Origin: Alloascoidea hylecoeti
Taxonomy: Eukaryota
NCBI GenBank assembly: GCA_001600815.1
Contig: BCKZ01000003.1
Span: forward strand, 248,001 to 312,000
Direction of reading: 5' to 3'
Length of the DNA stretch: 64,000 bases
Both the position numbers and the translations under genes were made by a program. The notes under the pieces were generated by a model that did no database searches, was not told the origin of the DNA, and saw only the letters and a program-made list of their open reading frames with translations. Shown here one piece after another: positions 11,326-23,853 of this stretch (positions within the stretch are counted from its first letter, which is position 1; every line of letters begins with the position of its first letter).

Positions 11326-14300
11326 TTTTTGCAGGTGGGGGAGTCAACGAAAAAAGGCAGATTTTGCATTTCTTATATATGCGGTGTGGCCATGCGGGTG
11401 GCCATGCGGGTGCCGGGTTAATCCCTCACAGACAGTCCGGGTAACGTCCGGGGCAGAGCTGCAAAACGTGATCCGTGCTGATTTACAATGTGTGTGTATT
11501 ATGCTAAGAATGTGGCACTAAGACCGGGCGGTCCTGATCAGCTGATCCTGCCGCACACAGGACGTCTTTGCAAAGACGTTATTCGTGCCAGATCTGTTTC
11601 AAACGATCAGCCTTGGCGCTATTATAATAGTGGTACTGGATGCCTATTTGCCTCTTCTCATCTTCAAACTCACTTTAGGCTGCTGAGTATGGCTGATCGA
11701 TTTCACAGCTAGCTAATTAAGGATGCACAAGACATATGTAGCTTATCACTTCCGTCGCTTAAATATATTATGAGTTCCCCCACTTAATTATATCCCAAAC
11801 ATCCAGAAGTTTATTTGTTTATTTATTGTGCTATTTTATTGGTTGCATTATTGCCATAATTATGTGTTTTTGTTTTAAGCGTGGACTAGATACGGATCGG
11901 GATATAGTATGGAAATGTTTAATTAATGAATCGAATATTTAGTTCGAACAGTGGCCGAAGTTAAGTGTAAAAAGTGTACTAAACCCGACTGCTAGCCCTT
12001 TCAAAAGAAAATTCCGCTTAGCTAAGTACTAAATATAGGGCCTTGCATTAATGAAATATACTAAACTATTACGTCATTAAGGCATCATACCAGCCAAACA
12101 CAATTGCAATGTAATGCTAATTAGAGGGAATAAGCTTACGGGGAAATTCATAGAGTGTATGTAGGGTTCCTTGGCAAATAGAAAATACAACACTAAAAAA
12201 TCTAACACATTAAACTTAATTTCTCCCTAATCAACCTCATTCATCCATCACCACCATGCCAAAAAAAGCTTAATTCAAGGCGGATGTTGGATATAAGGTC
12301 ATTGTTTACGTTTAGCAGAACCTTAAAGTATCCTGTAACGAGATTGCAAGATCTCATCGTTCCTGAGCAGACGCAACATCAACAACTGCATTCAACAGTT
12401 TTCAACTTTACACAGTTCTAAATATCATATCGATCAATAAAAACAAAAGGGTATTGTGTGAGTGGTGAATGGGCCAGACCCCCGCCTTTTTAAATAGACA
12501 CAAGAAGATTATTTACGTACCGCCTGAGGTTCTCGATTCGTATAGATTCTTTAAAAAGGACAAAAATAGCATGCAATTGTGGTTCAAATGGTTCAGATGC
12601 CAATGTGACAAATATAAATACAAGAATCCTTTATTTGTAATAGCATTACATGGTGCGATATTTACAATGTAGATGGAGAGTCATGAGACTAGTACCATAC
12701 TTACTACCATCTTCTTGAAAGTCTAGATGAGTGCTGGTTTTAGTGGAATGCATACCATGGGTGATTCTATTCCCGCGGTATATATATTTTTAAATCAAAA
12801 TGTGTCCAGAGTTCATGGTCTAAAGATCTCAGAGCGGAAGAATAAATGAGTTCATTACGTGTTCAAATAGTGGATATAATTCATCCTACTTAATGAGGAT
12901 GTGAAGTCTCCTTTAAAAAAGGAAGAAGATACTTACCCTCAGCGGGCATTCCATTCATTTAAATATTGAATTCTTAGATAGTTGTAAGCTTATATTAATT
13001 AATTAAGAATTTTTGCAATCGCTCCTTAAGCTTGTATCACAGAAGATCCAGTACTGGAAACTTCTGGATAAAATATTAATCAGTTTCAAGGTCAAAAAAT
13101 CAGTCAATGGAAGAGTTGTTATCATAGGGCCCTATATCTTGATTTTTGGTTTTCCCTTAACTAACATATATATGCACCGTATAAGTGAACGTATATTTTT
13201 AGGCACCTCTCCAAAACTATCAATCTTTTTAAATATACTCATATGCCATAGAATGACTTCTTGAATTCCAATTAGCGATATCTAACGTAATTGTAATTAT
13301 AAAAGGAAATTTCAACTAACTTTGCGTAACTTTGGACTGAACCCAGTTGTACACCGTACCACCTCCACGTAAATAGTGATTTACCAAAAAGTTGCTCTAA
13401 AAATTAATAGAAGCAATTGAACCATAAGTTATTTTGCGATCAATCTACTCTTTTTTGTTTTGAGTACTGTCTAAGAGTTAATTGCTGGTAATACTCTTCA
13501 AGCTGTATAAACCTCAAAGCTTCATATTGTATGATTAGTTAACAGTTAGTTTAGTATTATCAGTGAATTAAATTGTAAAAATATTTGATTTGTTTTATTA
13601 TCACCAGATTATTTTGTTTTAGTATTTAGTAAATTAACCGTTATATCGTTATTAATTGATAGCGAACGTAAATTACAGAAATAATCAATATCAGAAACGC
13701 CTGAAGCAATAATTTAAACAAAAATGAAAAACTCTCTCGAATGTCTACAATCATGACTCTTTGCTACAATGGTAACTTGTTGAAGATTAAAGATTCCACT
13801 TGAAGACCAAAACATTGATCTACTAAATTCTTTATTCAAAATGTATTTATTAGTTTCAAATAAGATCTTCCGATAAAAACAATATAAATATGGTGTATCT
13901 CATAAGATTTGTATGTTTTCACCGGATTTGAGTCTCGCACGAGACCTGATTGTGGTGTCAAGATATGCATGCAATCTACAATTATCCCTATTTGGTAAGT
14001 TATGGACTTATGAGAGTGTTTAGTGCTCAAAAAGAATGAAAGAATAAGCTTAAAAGAACGACATTATATTCGGATTCATTACACATGATCATAAGCTTAT
14101 AATAATATATAATTAATCCAATTCAATCATAATCTAATCAATCTAATTATAATCTATTCAAACCAATATAATCTTTCTAAATTGATATTACCATACAATT
14201 TAGTCGATCTATCATCAATGCCGTTACAGGGGAATCCTATCCTTAGACGGAGAAGAAAACCGGGTCAATTCTAAAAGGTTGGCCGCACGTAGCGATTCAC

Positions 14301-14739
14301 TATGATAAAAAGAATAATATTTGTACCATGAGTTTATGAATAGGAACTTATGATCGTCTAGTTGTGGGTGACTTCGATGTTGATCCTTCAAATTTCTGTA
14401 TGTGTTTTTTAATATGTTTGGAGTAACTATAAGAATATTCGTAAGAATCGCAAAGAAAAATAAGTTTATTGATGAACGCTCAGGTTATGTAATACTATAC
14501 GAAAACAACATAAAAGTGTGGACTTAGAATGCAAATGTAGCAATCACCCTCGTCAATATTCAGACAGAATCGCTGCCCAAATTAGGGTATTTGACAGACA
14601 GATATTTGTATGAACTATTTGTTATTAAAGGTTTGGGATATGTATGAAAGTTATTACTAAACTATGTGTGGGTGTTAGCACTTAGGCAATGTATGCAGCG
14701 AATTATATTCTGTAATAATGTGCGGAATAAGTGGTAGTA

Positions 14740-15046
14740 TACCGCGCATCGGCAAAAATTTGGCGTTCGATGCGTTCGAAAATCTTGAACTTTGGCGGCC
14801 GAGCTAGACCGGGGAGGATTTTTAGTGCTCGCCTCTAGCTCGGAATATTTATTTTTCTGTTTTTTTCGGTCGTGATTTTATTAAACAGTATCATATAGAT
14901 CGTTTGTCAGTCAAGAAAAAGTTTTGAGTTCTCCTCGTAGTCGTCAAAATCCGCTTCGATACTCGCAATCAGAAATTTAGCAGTGTTCGCCTTGAGGTTC
15001 GCCAAACTGTGTGTGCTCGGTGTTCGCGTCTCGGCGATGCGCGGCC
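14740..15046 (-). mobile_element. MITE-like element, copy 1 (~307 bp)
   Basis: Terminal inverted repeats CCGCGCATCG (14742-14751) and CGATGCGCGG (15035-15044), TA on both flanks, non-coding. A second copy lies 0.7 kb away. Confidence 0.7.
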
Positions 15047-15739
15047 TAATTGATAACCATAAGTAACGGTATTCGACTACTGATATCAATCGAATCAAAT
15101 AACAGATTACATCTATAATTAAAGGCTGATCATACATGCTTTAAAACAACTAATGCTTAATTATAAGCTTATGTCTTCATAAGCGGGAGCTTTCTTTACA
15201 TACTTCATTTGCATTTTCACAAGGTAATTGAAGGTAGTTAATTAATGTAAATAATAATCATTATTATCAGAAGCTGGCTATGGAGAAAATTCTTTCATTA
15301 CCGCGGAGACAAATTGTCAGTACAACTACAAAGGTGTGATCAGCTTTGCGTTTTTTGCAACAATGAACTATTTTTGAAATTATAATTAAGTTAAAGCTCA
15401 AGCATAAGACATTAAGAATCCTGATAAATTATAACGTAGTTATGAAGAAAATAATGTAATTCTGGCTCTGATCAATCATAGACAAAATACTCAACTAATT
15501 AAAATAAACCCTTCATATTTAATTAACGGTAATATCAAGCTTAATCAATGAAAATGTTGCTGAGAACTCCCGAAAACAAAAAAGGAAAGTAGGAACATAA
15601 TTGTCATTAATTGGAAATGTTCACAAAGTTCACACGTAGAGAGTAATGATCTAGAAGGGAAGGTGTAATTGAACCTGAGAATCACATATAATGTGAGGCT
15701 TCTTGGCATATTGATTAGTCATGGTATATAGTTATAGTA

Positions 15740-16053
15740 GGCCGCTCATCACCGAGACGCGAACACCGAGCACACACAGTTTGGCGAACCTCAAGGCGAA
15801 CACTGCTAAATTTCTGATTGCGAGTATCGAAGCGTATTTTGACGACTACGAGGAGAACTCAAAACTTTTTCTTGACTGACAAACGTATAGAGCTCATGAA
15901 CAACACAACAATCCAGGCGATCTATATGATACTGTTTAGTAAAATCACGACCAAAAAAGAACAGAAAATATGCCAAACTAGAGGCGAGAACTCAAAATCC
16001 TCCCCGGTCTAGCTCGGCCGCTAAAGTTCAAGATTTCCGAACGTATCGAACGC
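15740..16053 (+). mobile_element. MITE-like element, copy 2 (inverted relative to copy 1, outer TIR missing)
   Basis: Reverse complement of 14763-15046 with scattered substitutions and a ~33-bp insertion. Begins TA|GGCCGCTCATC. Confidence 0.7.
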
Positions 16054-16229
16054 GAAAGGTCAATAGATCTTCACCTGGGAAAACGTTTATATAACTTATT
16101 TGCAACTGTCCTAAGTCTAATTATAAATATCAAGACTTTGAGCTCATGTAATATTTGAAATTAATATTTGTGGTCGCGAATGAACACCAACGTTGTCTAG
16201 CTAGTCATATCACCATAGCCATGAGTTGC

Positions 16230-16480
16230 AGTTTCAAACGAGAGTATCCGGACCTCTGAGATATGCATAGGAAAAATTAAAGAACAGTATATCAATATCA
16301 AGCTGTGAAACAATGAGACACACAGAATGTCTTGCTTGAACTATTATTTTCAAAGGGGCCTAGCTTTAGCTTGCTATACGGTCGTCAAAAAATTGGGAAT
16401 TCATTCGCTGATCAATTTCGATTCAAGATGCAGAGCTATCTAACAAGATCTAGAGCAATATTTGTGGCGCAACCCTTCCA
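16230..16480 (+). mobile_element. Highly decayed pogo/Fot1-like transposase fragment
   Basis: Collinear remnants across frames: FKREYPDL (cf. F..RHPEL), L*NNET (cf. WNMDET), IIFKG and NWEF. Confidence 0.45.
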
Positions 16481-18499
16481 AGATGAAATTATACAAAGAG
16501 AGTCACTTTACTTGCACATGCAATAATTTTTATAATTAAGAATAGAAGAAGCGCGATTCCATCGTTGGAAATCACAAAGTTCGCAAACCTCGTGGCTAGA
16601 TAAATGAATTAGTTATTTTAGATGTTCGTATGGAACTCACTGCAGTAAAGAGTACCATTAACTAACGGGTTTGGAATGAGATATTGTGGCCTTTATACAG
16701 TATCAGCATATACTTCCCCGGCTATATTATACTTTCATATAAGTTATACATGTACCATCTTTTACTAAATATAATATTTTATAATAGCTTATATAATCTT
16801 ATAGANCGATGCTTCAGCGTCTGATCCACTATGATAAAACCTTCTCGCAAATTGCTGCAGTCTTAAGCTTGTATCAGTTAAGTTCAGTTTAGTATAGCAT
16901 TACTAGGAGAGGAGGAAAACTTCTATTTTCTGTAAGAGTATTAAGGAGACTATTAGACATTTGGTTACAAAAATGTTTTTCGAAATATTGGTCTTATGCC
17001 ACAATACAGTCTAAATATAAATAGAAAACACAAATATTTTCCTTAAGCATAAAAATAGAAGTCGACGTCTCTCATATCTATGTTTGAAATGCTATCTGTT
17101 ATATAAATTATAACGCTTACGTTATCTTAGGTAAAAAGTGAAGTTTTTCAAGCTGACCTTCTAGATCTAGATATGTTGTGCTGTCTCATGCATATGAATT
17201 TTTGTGGATTATCTAGAACTAAAGATTTGTATAGTAGCTAGCGCATTTCAACAAATATAACAGAAAATTTTTGATGCTGTAGAGGAAAGCGTGCGCCACA
17301 TATCGGCAAATGGCACAAATATTTTTATAGTAAATATTTGGTATATGCTAATGTTAGCATTCTCAGGTACATTTCCACGGTATCTAGAGTCCTAGTTTTC
17401 CTATGTTTTACATTCTTGAATCTGATGTCTATAATATAATTACACTTGCACAAAATTAATAATTATTATACCTTTTAAATTTATGTTGTCCAAAACAATA
17501 TTACAATACACAATTATTTCCATCAATGTCCGCAAAATAGAAGTAAAATAAGATAGCTGTAGAGGTTTTTGTGGTGATACATAAACAAGTTTCCATATTA
17601 GATGTGATATTCCCTATTGTCAAAAAAAGTTAAAGCAAAATCTAGGCAATTTTAGACCGAATATTACTCTGAACACATTCAATTTCAATAGTTTCATTTG
17701 TTCAATGACTAGAAATACCTAATAATTAAGTATAAACAAGTTTTGTGGTTATAAAAACGTATAACGGCTCAATAATATATGCAGTCCTCTCTCAAAATAT
17801 CTAGACTAATGATGATATCAATATTTCTCTGCATCCTTAAAGTATTGTACGTACTATATGAACTCAATTGAAAACGTTAAATGTTTTAAATCGATTGCAT
17901 CATATACCTTATTTAAAGTTATTTTTATAACTGATATAATCATCTTGCTGTATTGCAATATATTAAATCTTTTTATATATTCATGTTTAAGATTTTTGTT
18001 TTGTTTTGTTTCATACAATATTATGAAGACAGTTGCATCATCATAATAATTTCTTTTAAATATAGTATTTGTAAATGAAATATTATAGCTCAGCCCCAGG
18101 ATGATTCTTACAATTGTGGTTGAATTGGTATAAAAAAACAAAAGAGAATCAGAGCTGAAATACCTATTTGAATCATTTTTCATTATGAAAAGAGCAAATA
18201 AAAAGTGTTATAGACATTTAAATAAATGATAAAGACACTTCTCATTATGATTTTGCAACTAGAAGATTAAAAAAGGAATACTGTTAGAAACAAAGAAGAA
18301 AACAGTCATTTATTCGATGACTTTAAGCTCCACCAATCAGTCAAATTTTAGTACAACAGCTAGAAATGCTAAAACTTTATATTTAAAGGATGTATATTAT
18401 TTGCATACAATGGCATTATGATACAATGTGTAACAGTGTAAAGAAAATGACTGGTATATGGATAAATGATAGTTAATTGTTACATTTTGAGGTGAAGAG

Positions 18500-18780
18500 A
18501 GACCAGAAATCGTAAACCAAGGTTGTCGAATTTGATCACCTGGAAAGAAACTTTTGAACCCAAATTTGCAAGTAATATCTTCGTCTAAGCCCTTTCCCTC
18601 TTTCAAATAAGAGGTGATCGTCTTGGCTTCCAAGACTATTCCAAAGTCTCGTTGATGATTAATGGGACATAATGGGACATATCGCTCCTGCGATATCAAA
18701 CTTGTGAAACTCTATGATTAGCAAAAGAAATAATGAATACCCTCTTCTTCTTGAATCGGCATCATAGACCAATAATTTTA
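18500..18780 (+). mobile_element. Possible decayed pogo DDE-domain fragment
   Basis: WKETFEP (cf. WL..VFEP), frameshifted LMING-HNG-HIAP (cf. LLILDGHxSH.T), then AKE..NTLFFL..H. Confidence 0.35.
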
Positions 18781-19634
18781 GCTTTTTAACTAGTTCGTTT
18801 GAAAAAAAGGGGAGAAAGAATGTTTCAATATAAAATGGAAGTGAAATTTAACTGATAAGTAAAGCTGGAATTTGACATTTAAAAGAAGCATAAGCTTAAG
18901 GGGCGTTGATAATATAAATTTAAATGTTATTTATATTAATTAGTAATGCCATGACCAGCTGTATTTCCGAATTATGTTGAAATAAGCACTATCTTATTAA
19001 TGATTTGAGATATTAATATCAGATTATGTGACTTTTTTCAGCGACAATATCTGATCAATTTATTCTACTGTACTAACTGTGTAAATGAAATGAATATATC
19101 ATGATAATTAATATTGATCTCAGAGTGATAATTGTTATGTGCTTCAAGTAAAATTGAAATCATCAGAACATATCTAAAAGCAAAATTAACGCTTCTTTTG
19201 TATCGCTATCGATATCTATGATAAACATACATCAAAATTTATCTTTGTCTTAGGTCATGACTATTTATCAAGTAATAACATCGTAAGGATATATGAAACT
19301 GTATTTATAGCATTACAAGGGTAGGGGTATATAGAACCTCAAATTCGTTCATTATAAATGGACCTCCGTTATAAATCTTTTATATCTTGTTTTCATAACA
19401 TATTCATAGATGAATGTGGGTGCTATATGTATACAATTGGAGTTAATTATGATCATCCACAATAAGAGCTTTCTATTTAACATTCTTACTGATAGACTAA
19501 ATTATATTAATTTACTACTTTATATATTGACATATTATATAACTTGGAATACTATGATTGAAATATATAGGCCTATATTTTCCGTATACACTTATAATTA
19601 TATTTAAAGCTTGATAGAGATCGATATATTTCTA

Positions 19635-19790
19635 GAGACGAACATACTGTTGATTCATCTCACTCATCATACAATTAAGAAATCAGCTTTGTAACATAAA
19701 AGAACTATTGTTATATTATATATCCCAAAAGAACGCAACCAATTTCATAAGTGTATAACGAATGAGATGAATCAGAAGTATTCTCGTCTC
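19635..19790. repeat. 156-bp foldback/MITE-like element with 49-bp imperfect terminal inverted repeats
   Basis: GAGACGAACATACTGTTGATTCATCTCACTCATCATACAATTAAGAAAT compared with the reverse complement of 19742-19790: 40/49 matches by manual alignment. Confidence 0.7.
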
Positions 19791-22700
19791 AATATTAAAT
19801 ACTCGCAAAAATCCAGATAAGTCTCCATATTTTATTCTTTAAATAAGAATTTTTTGTTTTACTGGAAAGAAAAATAAAAAAGTTGAGGAGCAGATTTATG
19901 GGTTTAAATAGCTTTAACCTCAACCGGGTATGTTTTTTTCTTTTTCCCTCTCAGAATTAAAATCTATACTTTAGCTTTTTTACCTCTCAACGTCCGTTTC
20001 AACAATGCAACAAGTAACGTCGACAAGCTTGTATTATCAGATGACATACTATGCCTCAGACTAATGAAAGAAAATTAATGCTTAAGTAAATTCTCAAGAT
20101 GCATTGCGCATAATATCAATGAAACTTCAGAAATAAATAAAAGAAACTTAAAATTTAAGTAGTAACAAAAAATATATATTATTTTTTGTCATTAATTATT
20201 AGTTAGAAGGTGAATAAGCATGTACTAATTATAAGGAGCTTATAATTAATTATAAACAAAAGTAATCGATATTGAAGGGCAAACAAAAAGAAAGAAGGCA
20301 GCTTGAAAGGTTAAGAAATTAAAAGAATTCTTTCTTACTACTTCCATTCACAACAATCTTGAATAAATATCTTCAGATAATATACATGTATAATATTAGC
20401 CCCTCTTTTTCTTGTTTAAGGATATTGTTCTTTCTTATAAAAATATCCAATGGTTTTGAATTATAATTATAATGATCTTTAACTTTATTTGCATTCCGTT
20501 TTATAAAAATATAGTGTTGAAATATTTATAATTAATTATAAATACTATAGCTAGTGATTAATTGTAATTGTTGCAATGGTAATTATAATGTTCTGCTTCT
20601 GCACATATTAGTATTCAATGCTATTCATTAATTATAAATTAATGCATTAACATATAAGTTAGGCTCCAAAATGAAAATTACAATAAAAATAAAAGAGGGC
20701 GTAACATCTAATCGGACATTAATGCTCCTCATATCTTATAATCATCAGATTTAAATACTCTTCTAATATTACTTATTGTTATTCCGCTTAAAATATGAAA
20801 TCCCACAAGTTATTGTTCATAATTAGTCATATATTCATATGATTATTATGTTTAATTTCTACCTTGCTTTTCTTTTTCTAGATCTTAAGCTTTTATTATT
20901 AGTATTAAAGTTTAAATGCACAGCATGCAATTCTTTTGTCACTTTTGTTTTTATAAATTTAAGGAGAAAAATCCAGGATCTTTGTACGATTAGAAATTTT
21001 AACTCATGATCATTATGTTGTTTATAATTTGCAGCAGTATACATATTATATTTGAAAATCCAGAAAAGATCATCTTAGGAAGTTTACCATGTAAAATTAA
21101 GCTAATCTTTAGCTTGTGTGGTATAATAAAAATGCAAGTAAATATATCACAAAAGAGTCACAACTTGCAATAATTGGGCTCATATTCACCTTCCAGTATT
21201 TTCCGGATTCCCATATATTAATATTTCCTATTTTCCAAAGGTATATTGCGTTTTGACGTTAACTTTAGTCATGGGGTTTCCTTAAAATTCCAGGTTTTGT
21301 CTATATTTTATGGGTGATCATCATAAGTGCATGCGTGGTAAAAATCAAAGAACTTTCAGGGTAAGAAAAATAACAATCTTAATCCAATATACAGAAAAAG
21401 AAAAGATCTGGAAAGACTACTATTTTTGATCCACCAACCTTCGTTAATTATTAATCTCTAAAAATAGGCGTGTATATGCATTAAGCTCATGTAATTGTTA
21501 GAGAGACCTTTTCTTTAGATATTTAATGAGCTCCTTCGCCAGGAAGAAATATGAGCGTTTTTTGACCAATTTCAACACTAAGATTCATGATCAACATCAC
21601 AAATGCTATCCAAATCAAGACTGAGACTGCAGTAAACTTAATTATAAAATACCGTGAATTAGACCTTGAGACACCATACCTTGATAAGTATTATTAATTA
21701 CTTTCAGCATAATTTCTATATTTTAAGTTCAAAAGATATTAAAGATTGATTGATGGCCATATGCATAGATCGAGGGATATTTAAAGGTCTTTTTAAACCC
21801 TTTTATAATTAAACATTCTTGGAAAGTACTATTAATATATATTGCAATTACAATTGATATACTAATAAATGCTTTACGAAAGATTGAGAAGTTGAGTGAT
21901 ATATTTTTGTTTATTAATTTTGATCATTTGCAATATTATTGATTATATCATAAATTAATATCTATTAATATTGTTTTTAAATAATTTGGCAAACAACAAC
22001 CTATAGCCATGTAATATATAGTTAACTTTAAAATAAATCTACTAGTTACTGAAACACCCCTTTTAATATTATTGATCATGATATTCAAAAGAAGAAACAA
22101 CTCTAGATTTTCTCATATCCTAGCTACGTACACTCCCACACGCTATAACTTGTTTCACTATATATATGCTATACAGTATCTAATATCTATGTAGCGTTAA
22201 CATACTAATATATAAGGATTCATGATTATTGAATGTACACTCAATTAAGGGGTTGTTCATATCCCTCAGCAGGGAAATTTTTGTATTACTGCGCGCTAGC
22301 TGTGCAAAAGTAATCGATAGACTTATAGATAATTAACATTGATCTGGAGATCTTGTCTTATCTTTGCCCTAACAAATCTTTGGAGTAAGCCACCGGATCC
22401 ACTCCCTCCGTTTTCCTTATAAATTGACTACTTTTATCCTCATATCGCGCGAACGGTGTATAATGAGTCGGAATTAGGAAATATATAGATAATTTGCAAT
22501 TAACCTTGAACAGGCTTAAGCATGTAACTAACCGTACAAAGTTATAACCTTGGACATACCAGATTTGGTATAACTTGGACAGGCTTAAAACATATAACTA
22601 GTAAATATATGGAGGGTTATAACCTTTAAATATATAGCTGATAGCTATCAAACAGCTAACTTGAGGTATATGATTATACAAGATATGCACATAGATTTCT

Positions 22701-23853
22701 CGAATAGTTTAAATATTTTGGAGCAACCAAGTTGCAATATTCATCTCTAGCATTGCAGGTATTTATTGTCTGGGTGTATTTGGGGTTTGATAATAAGTAA
22801 ATTTATTTAAAGACTTTACTACTTCGATTGTATTTATAGCCATTGGCTGGCCATGGTTCACCTGACATTGTTTGATGCCATTATTAACAAACTGAACGTT
22901 TTTTTTCTCCGTCAATTCTTTTATTAAATGCCTTGTTTTGTTCCTCTACTTTTCTACAATAAGGCAACATACATCTTCAAACAATTTCAATTGTATTAGA
23001 CGAATTTTACGTACTGTTGTCCCTTTTCAATGTTAAATTGACAATGTTTTTGGTCCATCCTATGCACTGGAAAAATATGAATGCCGCATGTTCTGCGCGG
23101 TCTGATACTTGCATTAATATTGATATTACTTACATAGGAGGATCTGGCTAATAGTGTAGGTATAGGTTGGGGTGAAAAAATTCAATACCATTGAAAAAAT
23201 TTAACCGCGTCCTAATGGGGAAAAACCAAAATATAGACATGGTTTTATTATAACCATATTCAAAACTCTAAACAATTACGAAGCTAGGCTATTTATATAT
23301 AATTATAATGCATTGTTCACTTTTATTTTTAATATCTATAACGTATTAAATTACTTCTCTATGTTTTTCCGATCTCTTGAGACTTTCTATAATCAAAGTA
23401 ATTCGAGGAAACAGAAAAAGTAATCCCTGTATATCATACAAGTGCAGTAATATCAAACAGTAAACTCAAAATTTAATCGTAGACTAACTTCTAATTTGGC
23501 ACCTATATAGGGATATCACAAATCTGAGAAATATCATAACATCGAAAGTGAACATGAAATTTACCTTCTTATTTATAAAATCTGTTCTTCTATTTCATTT
23601 AAGAATTATTACTGATTACTTATCTAAAACATATAATATTAATATTCAATTGCAATCTTAATGCAAATATAAGTAGGTTTAAGCTTTATATATTTAGATT
23701 TAAAATTTCTTTAACTACGTTTGTAGCTAAAATAAAAACAATAACAATGGTGGTAAGTTAAATAACAATGTGGACTGGTCGATCTATCTCTCTTATTTTT
23801 ATTCGTTTGGATTGACCTAAACTTGACCCTCTACTACATTGGGTACTAATATT

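Noticed and set aside
12929..12937. ATACTTACC, like the U1 snRNA 5' end
   Set aside because: No U1 stem-loop I sequence or Sm site follows. A 9-mer match is compatible with chance.
18397..18699. 100-aa minus-strand ORF
   Set aside because: Non-ATG start and no recognisable domain. Better explained as the antisense of a decayed transposase fragment.
22402..22620. CTCCCTCCGTT resembling a Stowaway TIR, plus a degenerate ~70-bp repeat (TAACCTTGAACAGGCTTAA / TAACTTGGACAGGCTTAA)
   Set aside because: The matching right TIR is only ~6 bp and there is no TA duplication. The repeat has two poor copies and is not CRISPR-like.
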